A stretch of DNA of 64,000 bases, taken from positions 12,152,001 through 12,216,000 of the forward strand of contig OX597840.1 in NCBI GenBank assembly GCA_951406725.2, given 5' to 3'. This stretch comes from Octopus vulgaris (Eukaryota). Shown in pieces: positions 12,351-25,191 of the stretch. The position numbers and the translations under genes are program-made. How positions within the stretch are numbered: the first letter of the stretch is position 1; every line of letters begins with the position of its first letter. The notes under the pieces were generated by a model that saw nothing but the letters and a program-made list of their open reading frames with translations, did no database searches and was not told the origin of the DNA.

Positions 12351-13089
12351 ATCATTTTCAGATATTCATTGATGTTATCCTATTTTAATTTGTTTTTCAT
12401 GTGTCATTCATTATATCATATTTTATATTTATATTCTTAATTGTTATATGTTCCCACATGTGTTGTAGTGTCCCCCTCTGTGTAATGCCTTTAGGACAAT
12501 TTGAAAGAAATAAAGAAGTTTGCTTCCCAACTACATGGTTCTGGGTTCAGTTCATCTGCATGCACCTTTGGCAAGTGTCGTCTTTAGCCTCGGGTCGACC
12601 AAAGCCTTGAGTGGATTTAGTAGACGCAAACTGAAAGAAGCCCGCCATATATATATATATATATATAGTTAATATATATACAGTTCACTCAGCTGTAGAA
12701 ATGAGTTGCGACGTCACTGGTGCCAAGCTGTATCGACATTTGTCTTTCCCTTGGATAACACTGGTGGCGTGGAGAGGGGAGGCCGGTATGCATGGGCGAC
12801 TGCTGGTCTTCCATAAACAACCATGCCCGGACTTGTGTCTAGGAGGGTAACTTTCTAGGTGCAATCCCATGGTCATTCATGACCGAAGGGGGTCTTTTAT
12901 AGTTAATCCAAACATGAAAACACAACAACGCGAGGACGTGGAATAAGTATAGTATTATTAGATGCTCAGGAAAGGAGGGTTTAACGTATCTTCGTCGGAA
13001 ACATAGGAAAAGAAAGATCCAAAGAAGGGAAGACGGGGGGAAAAAAATCGCCAACGGTACACACGAGGTCAGTCCACCTTATAGGTGAT

Positions 13090-13156
<67 letters not shown>

Positions 13157-13399
13157 AGTACCGCCTTTAGTCGAACAAATCGGCAGACGCAAACACACAA
13201 GTATACACATACATAAACACACATATATATAGCGGTTCGGGGCAACGTAACATCGCCCGGTTCGGAAATATTGACCGATAAAATAACCACTGGGCTTAAA
13301 AAGAATAAATCTTAGGGACGATTTGTTCGACTAAAGACGGTACTCCAGCATGGCCGCAGTCAAATGACTGAAACAAATAAAAGACTCCAGCATAGCTGC

Positions 13400-13765
13400 G
13401 AATGTTTGTGTTGGTTACCAAGCACTGCTTGACAACCGGTGTTTGTTTGCGTTCCCGGACGTCGTCATGCGCATGGTCAACCGGAAGTTCGTCTCCACCC
13501 CCTTATCGCTGTCCCTTGCACCCGTTTATGAATCGACGCCAAAAGAAGGGCTTTTGTTTCGATCCTTTGCCACTGATTAACTTTAATTCGTGAATATAAT
13601 GTTAAACAAACAAACAAATGTACACTGTTAATATATTTGCCAATAGTAAGAAACTGGAGAGAGAAAGAGAGCCGAGCAGCGGACGGTGTTTGGAGAAGCT
13701 GTGTGCCGTTGTCTTAGTCACGCCTTCTGGAAGAAATATACATTGAGCTTCAAGTGATGGTAATG
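13400..13765 (+). promoter_or_regulatory. Putative promoter/exon 1 of A3 (first ETS site mutated to CCGGACGT)
   Basis: CATGCGCATG at 13466, CCGGAAGT at 13481. Confidence 0.65.
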
Positions 13766-15074
13766 TAGTAATTGTTTTTACCTACCTTATCACATAATGT
13801 TTCCGTATCTATAATTTGAATACATCTACAGGGTGCTACGGGTAAGCTGTCGCAATTTTATGGTTTTTTATTTCGCTGATGGGCCTTGTTTTTTATTTTG
13901 TCTTCTCCACAATATGATAGGGGTCAGTTGGTCACCGTTTGTGTGAAAAACACAATTCACTCTCTTACAATTCTGGAAACGACATGCTGGACCGGTTGGC
14001 GGCGACCTTTCGTTTTGACTCGAAATTATGTAAACAGTGAATTCGGTGATGTCCGTGACCACATATTGTCTTGTCAACTGTCAGTTGCGAAGAGAAAGCT
14101 AATGGGTTGTGCGTGGATGCTTGTTCCTCTGATCATTTTATGTTTCATCATGATGTGTGTGTTTATATCTTTTACTTGTTCCAGTCATTGGACTGCAACC
14201 TTCCTGCTGGCACCATCCTGAATGGTTTTTTTGTTCTTTGGCAGACACACAACTCCGAGACCAAAAACAAGAGATGGCATCTTCTATTGCCTCAGGCCTA
14301 CCAAAGTCTTGTGAATGGATTTAGTACATGGAAACTAAAAGAAGCCCATCATGTATAAATAGATATATATGTGCGTGTGTCTTTCTGTCTGGTTACCCCC
14401 ATCCCCACCCCAACAGCTATTGGTGTTGGCATTCCCATAGCTTAACGGTCTGGCAGAAGCGACTGGTAGAATAAGTACAGGGGTTAATTCATTCGATTAA
14501 AGATTGAAGGCGGTGCCGCAGCATGGCCACAGTGTAATGACAAACAAGTGAAAAGCAAAAGATAAAAGAACTAAATCAATATGGTACTTTTTCTCTTGAT
14601 TCTTGTTTGCCGAACCGCTAGGCGATGGTGATGTAAACAAAGCAACAACGATTGTCAAGTGGGAGACAAATGCAAACACACACAACCATGCTGGGTCACC
14701 ACTAGTATCATCATCTATTCAGTGAAAGGGTGAGTTTGATATTGCTGCCCTTATCATGATGTCAGTTCATCTGGGATCTTGGACAGCAGAAGTTCCAGGT
14801 GTTTCCTGAAAATATCTGCTGCTGCTACTGCATGTAGATCTCTAAGGTTTTTCTTGGCAAGATATTTAATAGCTGTGGGCCTTCGAATCCCAAGATATTG
14901 CTGTATCTGGTCCTTATTCTTGACAGGATGGGTGGGACCTTTGGAACAATGCAATGATGTCCTGTTTGGAGGATTGCATAAATCTTGATACCAAAGTTTT
15001 CTAAGGATTTTCCATATATATTTTCCCACATTCCCATATTTGCTTCACATGCATACATACATACGTACATACAT

Positions 15075-15106
<32 letters not shown>

Positions 15107-15887
15107 TAGATCGTTAGCTCCTACACGCATTTTTTTCTCTCCTTGTTTTTTTTCTGTGTATCTTTCTGTCGAAGAGCGTGGGATCGAAACGTAAAAGACT
15201 TTTTCTATTTCTATTCCTGAGCGCTATACTAATACATTTGTTTGTTTGTACTCCACCTGCCTTCGTCTTTTGTTTATTTTCGTAAACTTTCCCGTTATAT
15301 ATATATATATATATACATACATACATCTACACACACACACACAGCTATTTCTCAGACGACAGGCTTCATTCAGTTTCCATCTATTAAATCCACTCACATG
15401 GCTTTGATTAGGTCAGCATGGTCACATTCCAATGACTGAAACCTAGAATCCTCACTGTTTTTATCTCATCTTCTTAAGTATGCTATATATCTTATTCCGT
15501 TTCTCTTTTATTTCAGAACCTCAGATGACATTTAAAAGTAGAGAATATTTCACTTCAGTATCCTGGAAGATAGTATTCAGAACAGACAGAACGGATGCAT
15601 GGATTTACATAAATCTTTGAGGAATTCTATTGAAATTTCTTTTGCAAACAAAATTTCTGAAAAGTCATTGTTTGGAATGTGTGCAAGATTTTTGGATTCC
15701 TATTAAAGTTGAATGAATTTGCAGCATCTTTAGATATCAACAAAGATCACTGCTGATGGAAATATAGGTGTTAAAATATGTATGATTAAACTCTAAGTAC
15801 AACTGTATATATATAGTTTTGATTGAGAAGAAATTATTTAAAAATTATGTGAGAAAGTGAAAGGACGGAGTTTAGTTTCCTGAAGAG

Positions 15888-16547
15888 ATGGCAGAAGGGA
15901 CAGGGAAATCAACAGACAGTAGTGATATCTGTGAAAAGTCATCCTCTCAAAAATGTAACATCTTGACTCCCAAACGAACTCCCAAAGAAGCAAAGCCACA
16001 TCACTGTGATATTTGTGGTAAAACCTTCTCTCAAAGGAATCTCTTAATTAGACACATACGTGTGCATACAGGTGAGAAACCATATCACTGTGATATCTGT
16101 GATAAATCATTCTCTGAAGGGAGTCACTTGACAGCTCACAAACGTACACATACAGGAGAAAAGCTATATCTTTGTGATATCTGTGGCAAAACATTCTATC
16201 AAAAATCTCACTTAACTGAACACAAGTACTTTCATACAGGAGAGAAGCCATTTCACTGTGATGTGTGTGATAAATCATTCTCTCGTAAAAGCCACTTGAC
16301 CACTCATAAGAACATTCATGCGGGACAAAAACCATATCACTGTGATGTCTGTGGTAAATCTTTCTCAGAAGGAAGTACCTTAACTAAACATAAACGTAGC
16401 CATTCAGGAATCAAACCATTTAAATGTGATATCTGTGGTAAATCATTCTCTCAGGTAGGTAGCTTAAACAGACACAAACTCATTCATACTGGAAACAATC
16501 CATATCATTGTGACACCTGTGGCAAATCATTGTCTGTTGTAACTTAA
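15888..16547 (+). CDS. C2H2 zinc-finger protein A3 (219 aa, 6 fingers)
   Basis: Same architecture; acceptor ending at 15516; homologous leader and 3' UTR. Confidence 0.9.
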   Translation: MAEGTGKSTDSSDICEKSSSQKCNILTPKRTPKEAKPHHCDICGKTFSQRNLLIRHIRVHTGEKPYHCDICDKSFSEGSHLTAHKRTHTGEKLYLCDICGKTFYQKSHLTEHKYFHTGEKPFHCDVCDKSFSRKSHLTTHKNIHAGQKPYHCDVCGKSFSEGSTLTKHKRSHSGIKPFKCDICGKSFSQVGSLNRHKLIHTGNNPYHCDTCGKSLSVVT

Positions 16548-19500
16548 CTGGACACCTGTGTATTTGATCAATTATTTTCTGAAGGGAAGTGCCTTGAATA
16601 ATCCACATGTAGACTCAGAGAGAAGAGAATATCATGAATGTAACCCTATCCATGGTAAAGTATTCTCTCAAAGAAGCCACTTAGCTACACCTGTATATAT
16701 TCATACAGAAGATTTACCATATAATGTCAAAAATCTTTCCATAAATCTCATGTTATATAACCATCTGTGTATTTGTTTGACAAAGAAGATATAGCAATCT
16801 TCAGACACTGTTTGTATAAACATATCTATGTCCACTTTAATGCAATAAATTATAACTGATATTTTTAATAAATCGTTCTTTCAGAATCTTCATATATATT
16901 CTTTTCTAATGTTTAGTCTGTGTGGTTGTGAAGCTTGCTTGCTAACCCTGTGGTCTCAAGTTCAGTTCCACTGCACAACATTTTGGAAATATGTTTTCTA
17001 TTCTGGCCTCAGGCTGACCAAAGCCTTGTGAGTGGACTTGGTAGACGGAAACTGGAAGAGTCTCATCATATATTTGTGTGTGTGTACCCTTATTTTGATA
17101 TTACCATCATACAAGCAGTGTTGAAGAGAGCAGGGCCAATTGAAGTGAAATAGTTCTGTCATAGTGTTGTGATATGACACAAACATTTCTGTAGTGGACG
17201 GATGGCACGGGGGCCAAGCCTCGGACGAATTTTAAAGAGGGCAATGTTGATAGAATATTTTCCACATCTTACAGATGATATAGAGCTCACAGCGACAGTG
17301 GAGGGAGCAAAGCCTGAGCTTTTTTAGTTGATCCCAATAGTCAAGGCTTGTCATCTTGTCATCCTCCGCAGACCTCTGCTAAGCAACTCATTTTAAGATA
17401 GATATGCAAGTAAAATTACTAATAGAGAAACGGAAATAAACTTTGGAAACAGCAATGCCACCATAGCTTATGTGGAAACGATGTGCATGTTTTCATGGGA
17501 GATAATCAAAGAACGTAATGTAATACTTCATGTAAAATAAATATAACGAATGAAAATTCCTTCAAAATTCCATAAAAATTCCCGAATCACTACCAAAATT
17601 TCATCATCTGTTTCTTTACCAACATTTCCTGCAAGTTTCATCAAATACCGTTCGCAACTTTTTGAGTTATTTTGCACACAGTCGGACAAACCATCGCCGA
17701 TGAAAACATAACCTCCTTCCTTGGCGGAGGTAATAAACTCAACTGCTCTCACAAACAAGAATACTAAAAATGAACCCAACTGATCTCAGACAGGAATAAT
17801 AATCCAAAATCCTTGTCCAGTACCGGACAACATCAAAAGTCACAAAGTCAAACCTCCCTGAAAGTTTCATCCGAATCCACTCAGCGGTTCTCGAGATATC
17901 TTGTCCACGGCCAAACAAACAAACATGACTGAAAACAATGCCTTCACTAAAGCGGAGGTAATAATATAATAATTTGAAAAACAAAATGTTTGGCCATGTG
18001 GTAAGTAGCTTGTCTACCAACCACATGGTTCCGGGTTCAGTCCCACTGCGTGGCACCTTGGACAAGTGTCTTCCACTATAGCCTTGTGAGTGGATTTGGT
18101 AGACGGAAACTGAAAGAAGCCCGTCGTATATATGTATATATATATATATATATGTGTGTTTGTGTGTCTGTGTTTGTCTCCTAGCATTGCTTGACAACCG
18201 ATGCTGGTGTGTTTATGTCCCCGTTACTTAGCGGTTCGGCAAAAAAAAAAAGACCGATAGAATAAGTACTGGGCTTACAAAAGAATAAGTCCCGGGGTTG
18301 AGTTGCTCGATTAAAGGCGGTGCTCCAGCATGGCCGCAGTCAAATGACTGAAACAAGTAAAAGAGAGTATATATTTTCTTGAAAATATATTAATTTTAAT
18401 ATTGATAAAAAATAATAAATCTCCCCTTCGTAAATATATAAGGACACAGGAAATGTGTCAAGGCCGACAGGAAGCGTCGATGCTTCCTAGGGCTAAACAG
18501 CGGTGGTGTAATTCCCTTACAGGACTGTCACGTTAAGTTGACAGTATACAACCACCCAATAAATCTTTAATTTACTACCAAGGTACCGAAAATTTGGGGA
18601 GAGATTTGAGTAGGATAATCTGAAATCAGAGTGGGCTGCATGAAGGCGATTTTATCCTGTTACCTAGTAATCTAGACGGTATTTGAAGTTACCGGGTAAC
18701 TAAGTTGTATGAGCTAATGTGAAATTGCTAGACCTGATAAATGTTGAAACTAGAGTTAGAGTTATTTCCCCTGTTAAATATTGTTTTGTTTTTTTTTGCC
18801 CAGAAGGGGCTAAACACAGAGGGGACAAACAAGGACAGACAAAGGGATTAAGTCAATTACATCGACCCCAGTGCGTAACTGGTACTTAATTTGTCGACCC
18901 CAAAAGGATGAAAGGCAAAGTCGACCCCGGCGGAATTTGAACTCAGAACGTAACGGCAGACAAAACACCTATTTTTCATTACCCACAAGGGGCTAAACAC
19001 AGAGAGGACAGACAAACGGATTAAGTCGATTATATCGACCCCAGTGCGTAACTGGTACTTATTTAATCGACCCCGAAAGGATGAAAGGCAAAGTCGACTT
19101 CGGCGGAATTTGAACTCACAATGTAACGCAGACGAAATACCACTAAGCATTTCGCCCGGCGTTATTTCTTGCTATTGTTTCGTACGCATATTTATTACTT
19201 GATCAGTTCTACTTAAGAACTGATGTTTAAGGGAAAACCCAATTAAATATACATAATTAGTAATTAATGGAGTGGAATAATATGTAAATTACAGAGCATA
19301 TTCAACACTGGATCTATTTTAAGTATTTACGTACAGTCGTAGAGTGATTACTTGAACATATTTCGAGATTTTTTTTTTTTTTGACTGGATCTTAGTATTA
19401 TCTCTATGCACTGAGTTCAAATTCCACCAAGGTTGACTTTATCTTTTATCCGTTCTGGGTCGATAAAATAAGCACCAGTTGAACACTGGAGTCGATGTAA

Positions 19501-20443
19501 TCGACTCATCCCCCTCCCTGCAAAAATTGCTGCACTTGTGGCAAAATTTGAAACCATTATTAATATAAATACCCCACTAAATTTTGCTCGGATTGCTTTC
19601 AATTTTGGTGTATCGATGCAACTCTGAATTTTGATTACAATCAACCAATTACTTTATCTCGTAAATTAAAGAATCTGATGTTATTTGGCATTAAAGTTTG
19701 GAAATTTGGGTAATTTTAGCCCATCAACAGACCGGAATTAGCAGCTTGTTACCATGACAACCACGTTGTGGTTCACTGTTGTCTATGTCGATTTTTCACA
19801 CTTGATTCTTCACACCACAAGATTCTTTTCACCTGCGTGTTTTGTTTTAATTTTTCTATATTAGTATATTACATATTTTTCTGTATGTTAGAGTTTTAAA
19901 TACTAAGTTGGCCCCCGACTTGGTTGGCTATCTACAACTGTTTATATGGAGCACAAACTTGCACGAAGTACAGACGTCTGCATGTTGTTTAATATACATC
20001 TCAGGAAAAACAGCCTTCTTATAATCAATATGGTAGTGACAGGATGTTGTCTCAGTTTTAGACGCAGCAAATGATTTTAGCTCAAAAGAGAGCATAGGAT
20101 TGGTTAAAATTGCCGAAATGCTCGGATTTTCAGACAAAATATGTTACAAACTATAGAATTTTCTCAATAAAACCAAGAGAAAATGATGTTTTATAAACAC
20201 ATTCTACCAGTATACGAAGTTTAAAAGTGTTTAGTTAACTAGAAATTGTGTTGATATCTGCCGTTCAAAAGGAAAAGATCCTAATTTTTTTACACAGAGT
20301 AAATAAAACACAAAATAAATAATTTTTTAAACAAAGTAAGGATTGACTAGTCACGACTAGCTAGTGCGGATGCGCGAGTACGCACACCAGGACCACTCTT
20401 CTTAAGTAGTACCCGGACACATTATATGAGGTAGTTAAAGGCA

Positions 20444-21540
20444 ATCCTTCGGTATGAGTACACACGTGACTTTGTTTACATTTCTGAAGATAAGAGAAAA
20501 CCCTTTTCTCCCACCCCTAACCCTAACCCCCCATATAAAAAAAAACATTTTCTTGAAATGTATCCGGTACTTATACCGAAGTTACGCCAAAATATATATT
20601 AATTACGTATTAAGATGAAAAATATATGAATCAGATTTGATGTACCTTGGATGTTGGGTACCTTAACCATCCTAGGCAGTTACAGAATGGCACATAGCTT
20701 CTTCAAAGACCTTCCGTTGTGAATATAATGTTGACAAACAAACAAAAGCAGTAGAGCTGACCAGCAGAAAGTGTTTGGAGAAGCAATGTGCCATTTTGTA
20801 ACTGCATAGGATGGTTTGGGTGCCCAACATCCAAGGTACATCAAATCTGATTCATATATCTTTCATCTTAATACATAACACAGGAGTGGCTGTGTGGTAA
20901 GTAGCTTGTCTACCAACCACATGGTTCCGGGTTCAGTCCCACTGCGTGGCACCTTGGGCAAGTGTCTTCTACAGCCTCGGGCCGACCAAAGCCTTGTGAG
21001 TGGATTTTGTAGACGGAAACTGAAAGAAGCCCGTCGTATATATATACGGCTTACACACACGTATTTATTATTCTTTGTAAGCGTAGTAGTTATTCTATCG
21101 GTTAGTTTTTCCGAACCGCTAAGTTACGGGGACGTTAACACACCAACATGGGTTGTCAAGTGATGGTGTCTCTCTCTCACTCACATACATGTCTGTGTTT
21201 GTCCCCTAGCATTGCTTGACAACTGATGCTGGTGCGTTTATGTCCCCGTTACTTAGCGGTTCAGCAAAAGAGACCGATAGAACAAAAGAGTAAGTCCCGG
21301 GGTCGAGTTGCTTGATTAAAGGTGGTGCTCCAGCATGGCCGCAGTCAAATGACTGAAACAAGTAAAAGAGTAAAAGAGAGTAATTAATATATATTTTGGT
21401 GTAACTTCGGTATAAGTACCAGATACATTTCAAGAAAGTGGTTTTTTTTTTTTTTTATGGGGAGTTAGGGGTGGGAGAAAAGGGTTTCTCTTATCTTCAG
21501 AAATGTAAACAAAGTCACGTGTGTACTCATACCGAAGGAT
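20444..21540. repeat. Foldback palindrome (~270-bp arms) centred on an exon-1 remnant, with a SINE inserted in the right arm
   Basis: 20444-20607 is the reverse complement of 21380-21540; 20610-20710 is the reverse complement of 20771-20872. Confidence 0.85.
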
Positions 21541-21773
21541 CGCCAGAATGGCTTACACACACGTATTTATTTCTGTCATTAGACGGCGGTCATGCTGGAA
21601 CACCAGCTCGAAGTGTTTCTATCGAACGAACCAACCGCAAGACTTATTCTTTGTAAGCGTAGTAGTTATTCTATCGGTTAGTTTTTCCGAACCGCTAAGT
21701 TACGGGGACGTTAACACACCAACATGGGTTGTCAAGTGATGGTGTCTCTCTCTCACTCACACACACATATATA

Positions 21774-21804
<31 letters not shown>

Positions 21805-21912
21805 GGCGGGCTTCATTCAGTTTGTCTATTAAATCCACTCACAAGATATGAATATGCACATACACATACATGTGTGTGTATTATATATATATGTATGTAT
21901 GTGGGGACAGCC

Positions 21913-22380
21913 ATGTTTGAGAAATCTCGAGTTGCACATGAGAAAGTAAGGAGGGATGTCAGGAAGGGCATCGCTGTTACACTTCCAGAAGGGAAGGGTC
22001 TTCCTTTGATGCTGACATGCAATGTCTGTGCAAGACCCTGCCTCAGCAAAGCTGGACTCAAGAGTCATCTTCGTTTTCATAAAGCGAGACAGATGAGTGA
22101 CAACCTGGCCACTGGTGGTGGTGTTACACACCATACTAATCATATCTGTCAGGCATGTGGAAGAGAGTGTAATTCGGCAGGAGGACTTAAACGGCATGCA
22201 AAGGTACATGAAACCCAGTTACAACTACAGCCGGCTATTGCCAGTAAAGGTTTTAGCTGCCAATTCTGTACAAGAGATTGTAGATCTTTGGCTGGGCAAA
22301 AAAGTCACATTCGATCACAGCACCAGTAACAGTTAAGCTTCGTGCAATGGCCATACTCGATAACGAGGGGGCAGCCATAA
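21913..22380 (+). mobile_element. RTE-like LINE 3' end encoding three C2H2-like fingers (open 138-aa frame 21913-22329)
   Basis: FEKSR..EK.RR..RK followed by C..C.R.C.S..GL.SH.R.H motifs typical of RTE ORF C-termini. Confidence 0.7.
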
Positions 22381-24531
22381 TGTATGTATGTATATATATA
22401 TAAAGATAGATTGATAGATACAATTGAGTGGGTAAACAAAAATATGAGACACTGCTTTGAAGAATTTTATCGAATGAATCGAACCCAGTGCTTTTTTTTT
22501 TATTCTGATAAAGCTGATACCTATTCTATCAGTTTCTTTGTCAAATCAGTAAGTTATGGGGATGTAAATAAACCAACAGCAGTTGTCAAGCAGTGATGAG
22601 GGAGAAACACAGAGACAAAGACATACACTTACATATATATACGATTGATTTCTTTCAACTTCTGTCTACGAAATCCACTCACAGGGCTTTGGTTGGTCTG
22701 AGGTTGTAGCAGAAGACACATGCCAAGTTACCACACAGTGAGACTGAACTCAGGACCATGTGTTTTGGAACCACATTTCTTACCACACAGCCATACCTGC
22801 AACTATATGTATATAGGTGTGTGTGTGTGTATTTGTATGTATAAATATATGTATGCATGTATATATGTGTACATATTACATATACATCTATATATATATA
22901 CATACATATGTACACATATATATATATATATATATGCAGATGTATATACATATATATGTATGCCTGTATATATGTGAGATAATAGTTTCAGTATTAATAG
23001 TGAAACTATTAAAGTCAAAGTATCTGACATTACAATAGAGAGATGTTATTGTTTCATTTTTGACACGTAATACTGAAATAGCGGAAGATATAAGAGACTG
23101 CGCCAGGCTCGCATTAGGCAAGAAGTTGAAAATTTTTTCTGTACATGGCACTACATGGACCCTAAGTAAGGCATGTGTAAAATTTGAATGAAATCGGTTG
23201 TGTAGTTCTCGAGTTTTAGGGATTCACACAGACATTCTCATCTTTATATATACAGTTTCTTAGGAATAAATATTATTGTTTAAAATTTAAGATAATTACT
23301 GTAAGGAAATCTACGAAAGGGCCTTAATAAATTGGTGCCCCTGTTCATCTGCCACTCAAGACTGCAGGGTACAAGCAGAGATATTGTCGTCAATTAATCA
23401 AGATCAGTCTATGCTTGATTATTCTGTCCCACATCAACTATCACAATCACTTCATATACCATTTTTTTCTGCCAACAGCATATCCTCAACACATCATTAC
23501 AATCCACCCAGACGAAATTATACCTTTTTAACTTGCTTCTAATGTGTACTGGGAGGATAGAATGAAGGCAAGTAGAGGTGTGTTACATGCAAGAAATAAG
23601 ACGGAGGGGAACCTCAATTAGATAACAGATGTATATCTTATTTGATGATGAAATATTTTTTTTCGTGATTTGTACAATTGTTTGAAATGTTAAAAAGTGA
23701 TGTTCTCATTTTTCAATGGCAATACATTTCTCAGCTTTTTATCTGCAATAAAATTTCCCTTCTGAAAATATATTACACAGAATCATGTTTGTTCATCATT
23801 TTAACATCCATTTTTCTATACTTTGCATGCATCAGATGGAGTTTTGATGAAGATTTTCTACAGCAGTATGACTTTCTTGTTGTCATTCCCAAGTAAGGTA
23901 ATATTTCCTCATGGCCACACATTTGGAAATAACTGTGAGGGTAATATTGAGACAAGGGTACATGAAAACACACACAGATATATATGATGAGATTCTTCCA
24001 GTTTCCGTCTACCAAATCCACTCACAAGGCTTTGGTCAGGCTGAGGCCAGAAAACAAAAAAATCACTTGTACTGTACAATGGGACTGAACTTGAGACCAC
24101 AGGGTTAGTAAGTAAGCTTCACAACCACACAGACTATACATTAGAAAGGAATATATATGAATATTCTGAAAGAATGATTTATTAAAAATATCAGTTATAA
24201 TTTATTGCATTAAAGTGGACATAAATATGTTTATACAAAGTGTCTGAAGATTGCTATATCTTCTTTGTCAAACAAATACACCGATGGTTATATAACATGA
24301 GATTTATGGAAAGATTTTTGACATTATATGGTTAATCTTCTGTATGAATATATACAGGTGTAGCTAAGTGGCTGCTTTGAGAGAATACTTTACCATGGAT
24401 AGGGTTACATTCATGATATTCTCTTCTCTCTGAGTAGATTATTCAAGATATTGAATAATCATGTGGATTATTCAAGATACTTCCCTTCAAAATATGATTC
24501 ATCAGGTATTGATGAATACACCTGTGTCCAG

Positions 24532-25191
24532 TCAAGTTACAATAGATAATGATTTGCCACAGGTGTCACAATGATATGGATTGTCTCCCATATGAATGAG
24601 TTGGTGCCTGTTTAAGTGACTTGCTAAAGAGAATGATTTACCACAGATATCACATTTAAAAGGTTTGATTCCTGAATGGCTACGTTTATGTTTAGTTAAG
24701 GTACTTCCTTCTGAGAAAGATTTACCACAGACATCACAGTGATATGGCTTTTTTCCTGTATGAATGTTCTGATGTGCAGTCAAGTGGCTTTTTCTAGAAA
24801 ATGATTTATCACACACATCACAGTGAAATGGCTTCTCTCCTGTATGAAAGTACTTGTGTTCAGTTAAGTGACATTTTTGATAGAATGTTTTGCCACAAAT
24901 ATCACAGAGGTATGGTTTTTCTCCTGTATGTGTACGTTTGTGAGTTGTCAAGTGACTTCTTTCAGAGAATGATTTATCACAGACATCACAATGATATGGT
25001 TTCTCACCTGTATGCACGCGTTTGTGTCTAATTAAGAGATTATTTTGAGAAAAGATTTTACCGCAAACATCACAGTGATGAAGCTTTGCTTCTTTGGGAG
25101 TTCGTCTGGGAGTCAAGATGTTACGTTTTCGAGAAGATGACTTTTCACAGATATCACTACTGTCTGTTGATTTCCCTGTCTTTTCTGCCAT
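24532..25191 (-). CDS. C2H2 zinc-finger protein A4 (219 aa, 6 fingers), inverted copy
   Basis: Same architecture on minus strand; acceptor at 25574-25575; promoter module at ~27650-27940 on minus strand. Confidence 0.9.
   Translation of the reverse strand: MAEKTGKSTDSSDICEKSSSRKRNILTPRRTPKEAKLHHCDVCGKIFSQNNLLIRHKRVHTGEKPYHCDVCDKSFSERSHLTTHKRTHTGEKPYLCDICGKTFYQKCHLTEHKYFHTGEKPFHCDVCDKSFSRKSHLTAHQNIHTGKKPYHCDVCGKSFSEGSTLTKHKRSHSGIKPFKCDICGKSFSLASHLNRHQLIHMGDNPYHCDTCGKSLSIVT

Larger units (their letters stand above)
250..17100 (+). repeat. Tandem segmental triplication (units ~250-6530, ~6790-12650, ~13150-17100), one ZNF gene per unit
   Basis: Colinear promoter, Tc1 remnant, CR1 remnant, ZNF exon and 3' UTR; units 1 and 2 also share the CCHC element. 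Confidence 0.9.

Noticed and set aside
17560-17965. Two tandem ggcggaggtaataa-ended repeats
   Set aside because: Looks like a common non-autonomous DNA-element fragment; could not be classified or linked to any function
20514-20532. CCCTAACCCTAA telomere-like motif (also ~28175-28200)
   Set aside because: Only about two units inside a duplicated block; too short for an interstitial telomere
22679-23151. Ile/Tyr/Cys-rich ORFs (also 43876-44770)
   Set aside because: Microsatellite translations
23678-24108. ORFs duplicated with 41352-41789
   Set aside because: Non-coding 3' flank copied by the inverted duplication; includes SINE fragments
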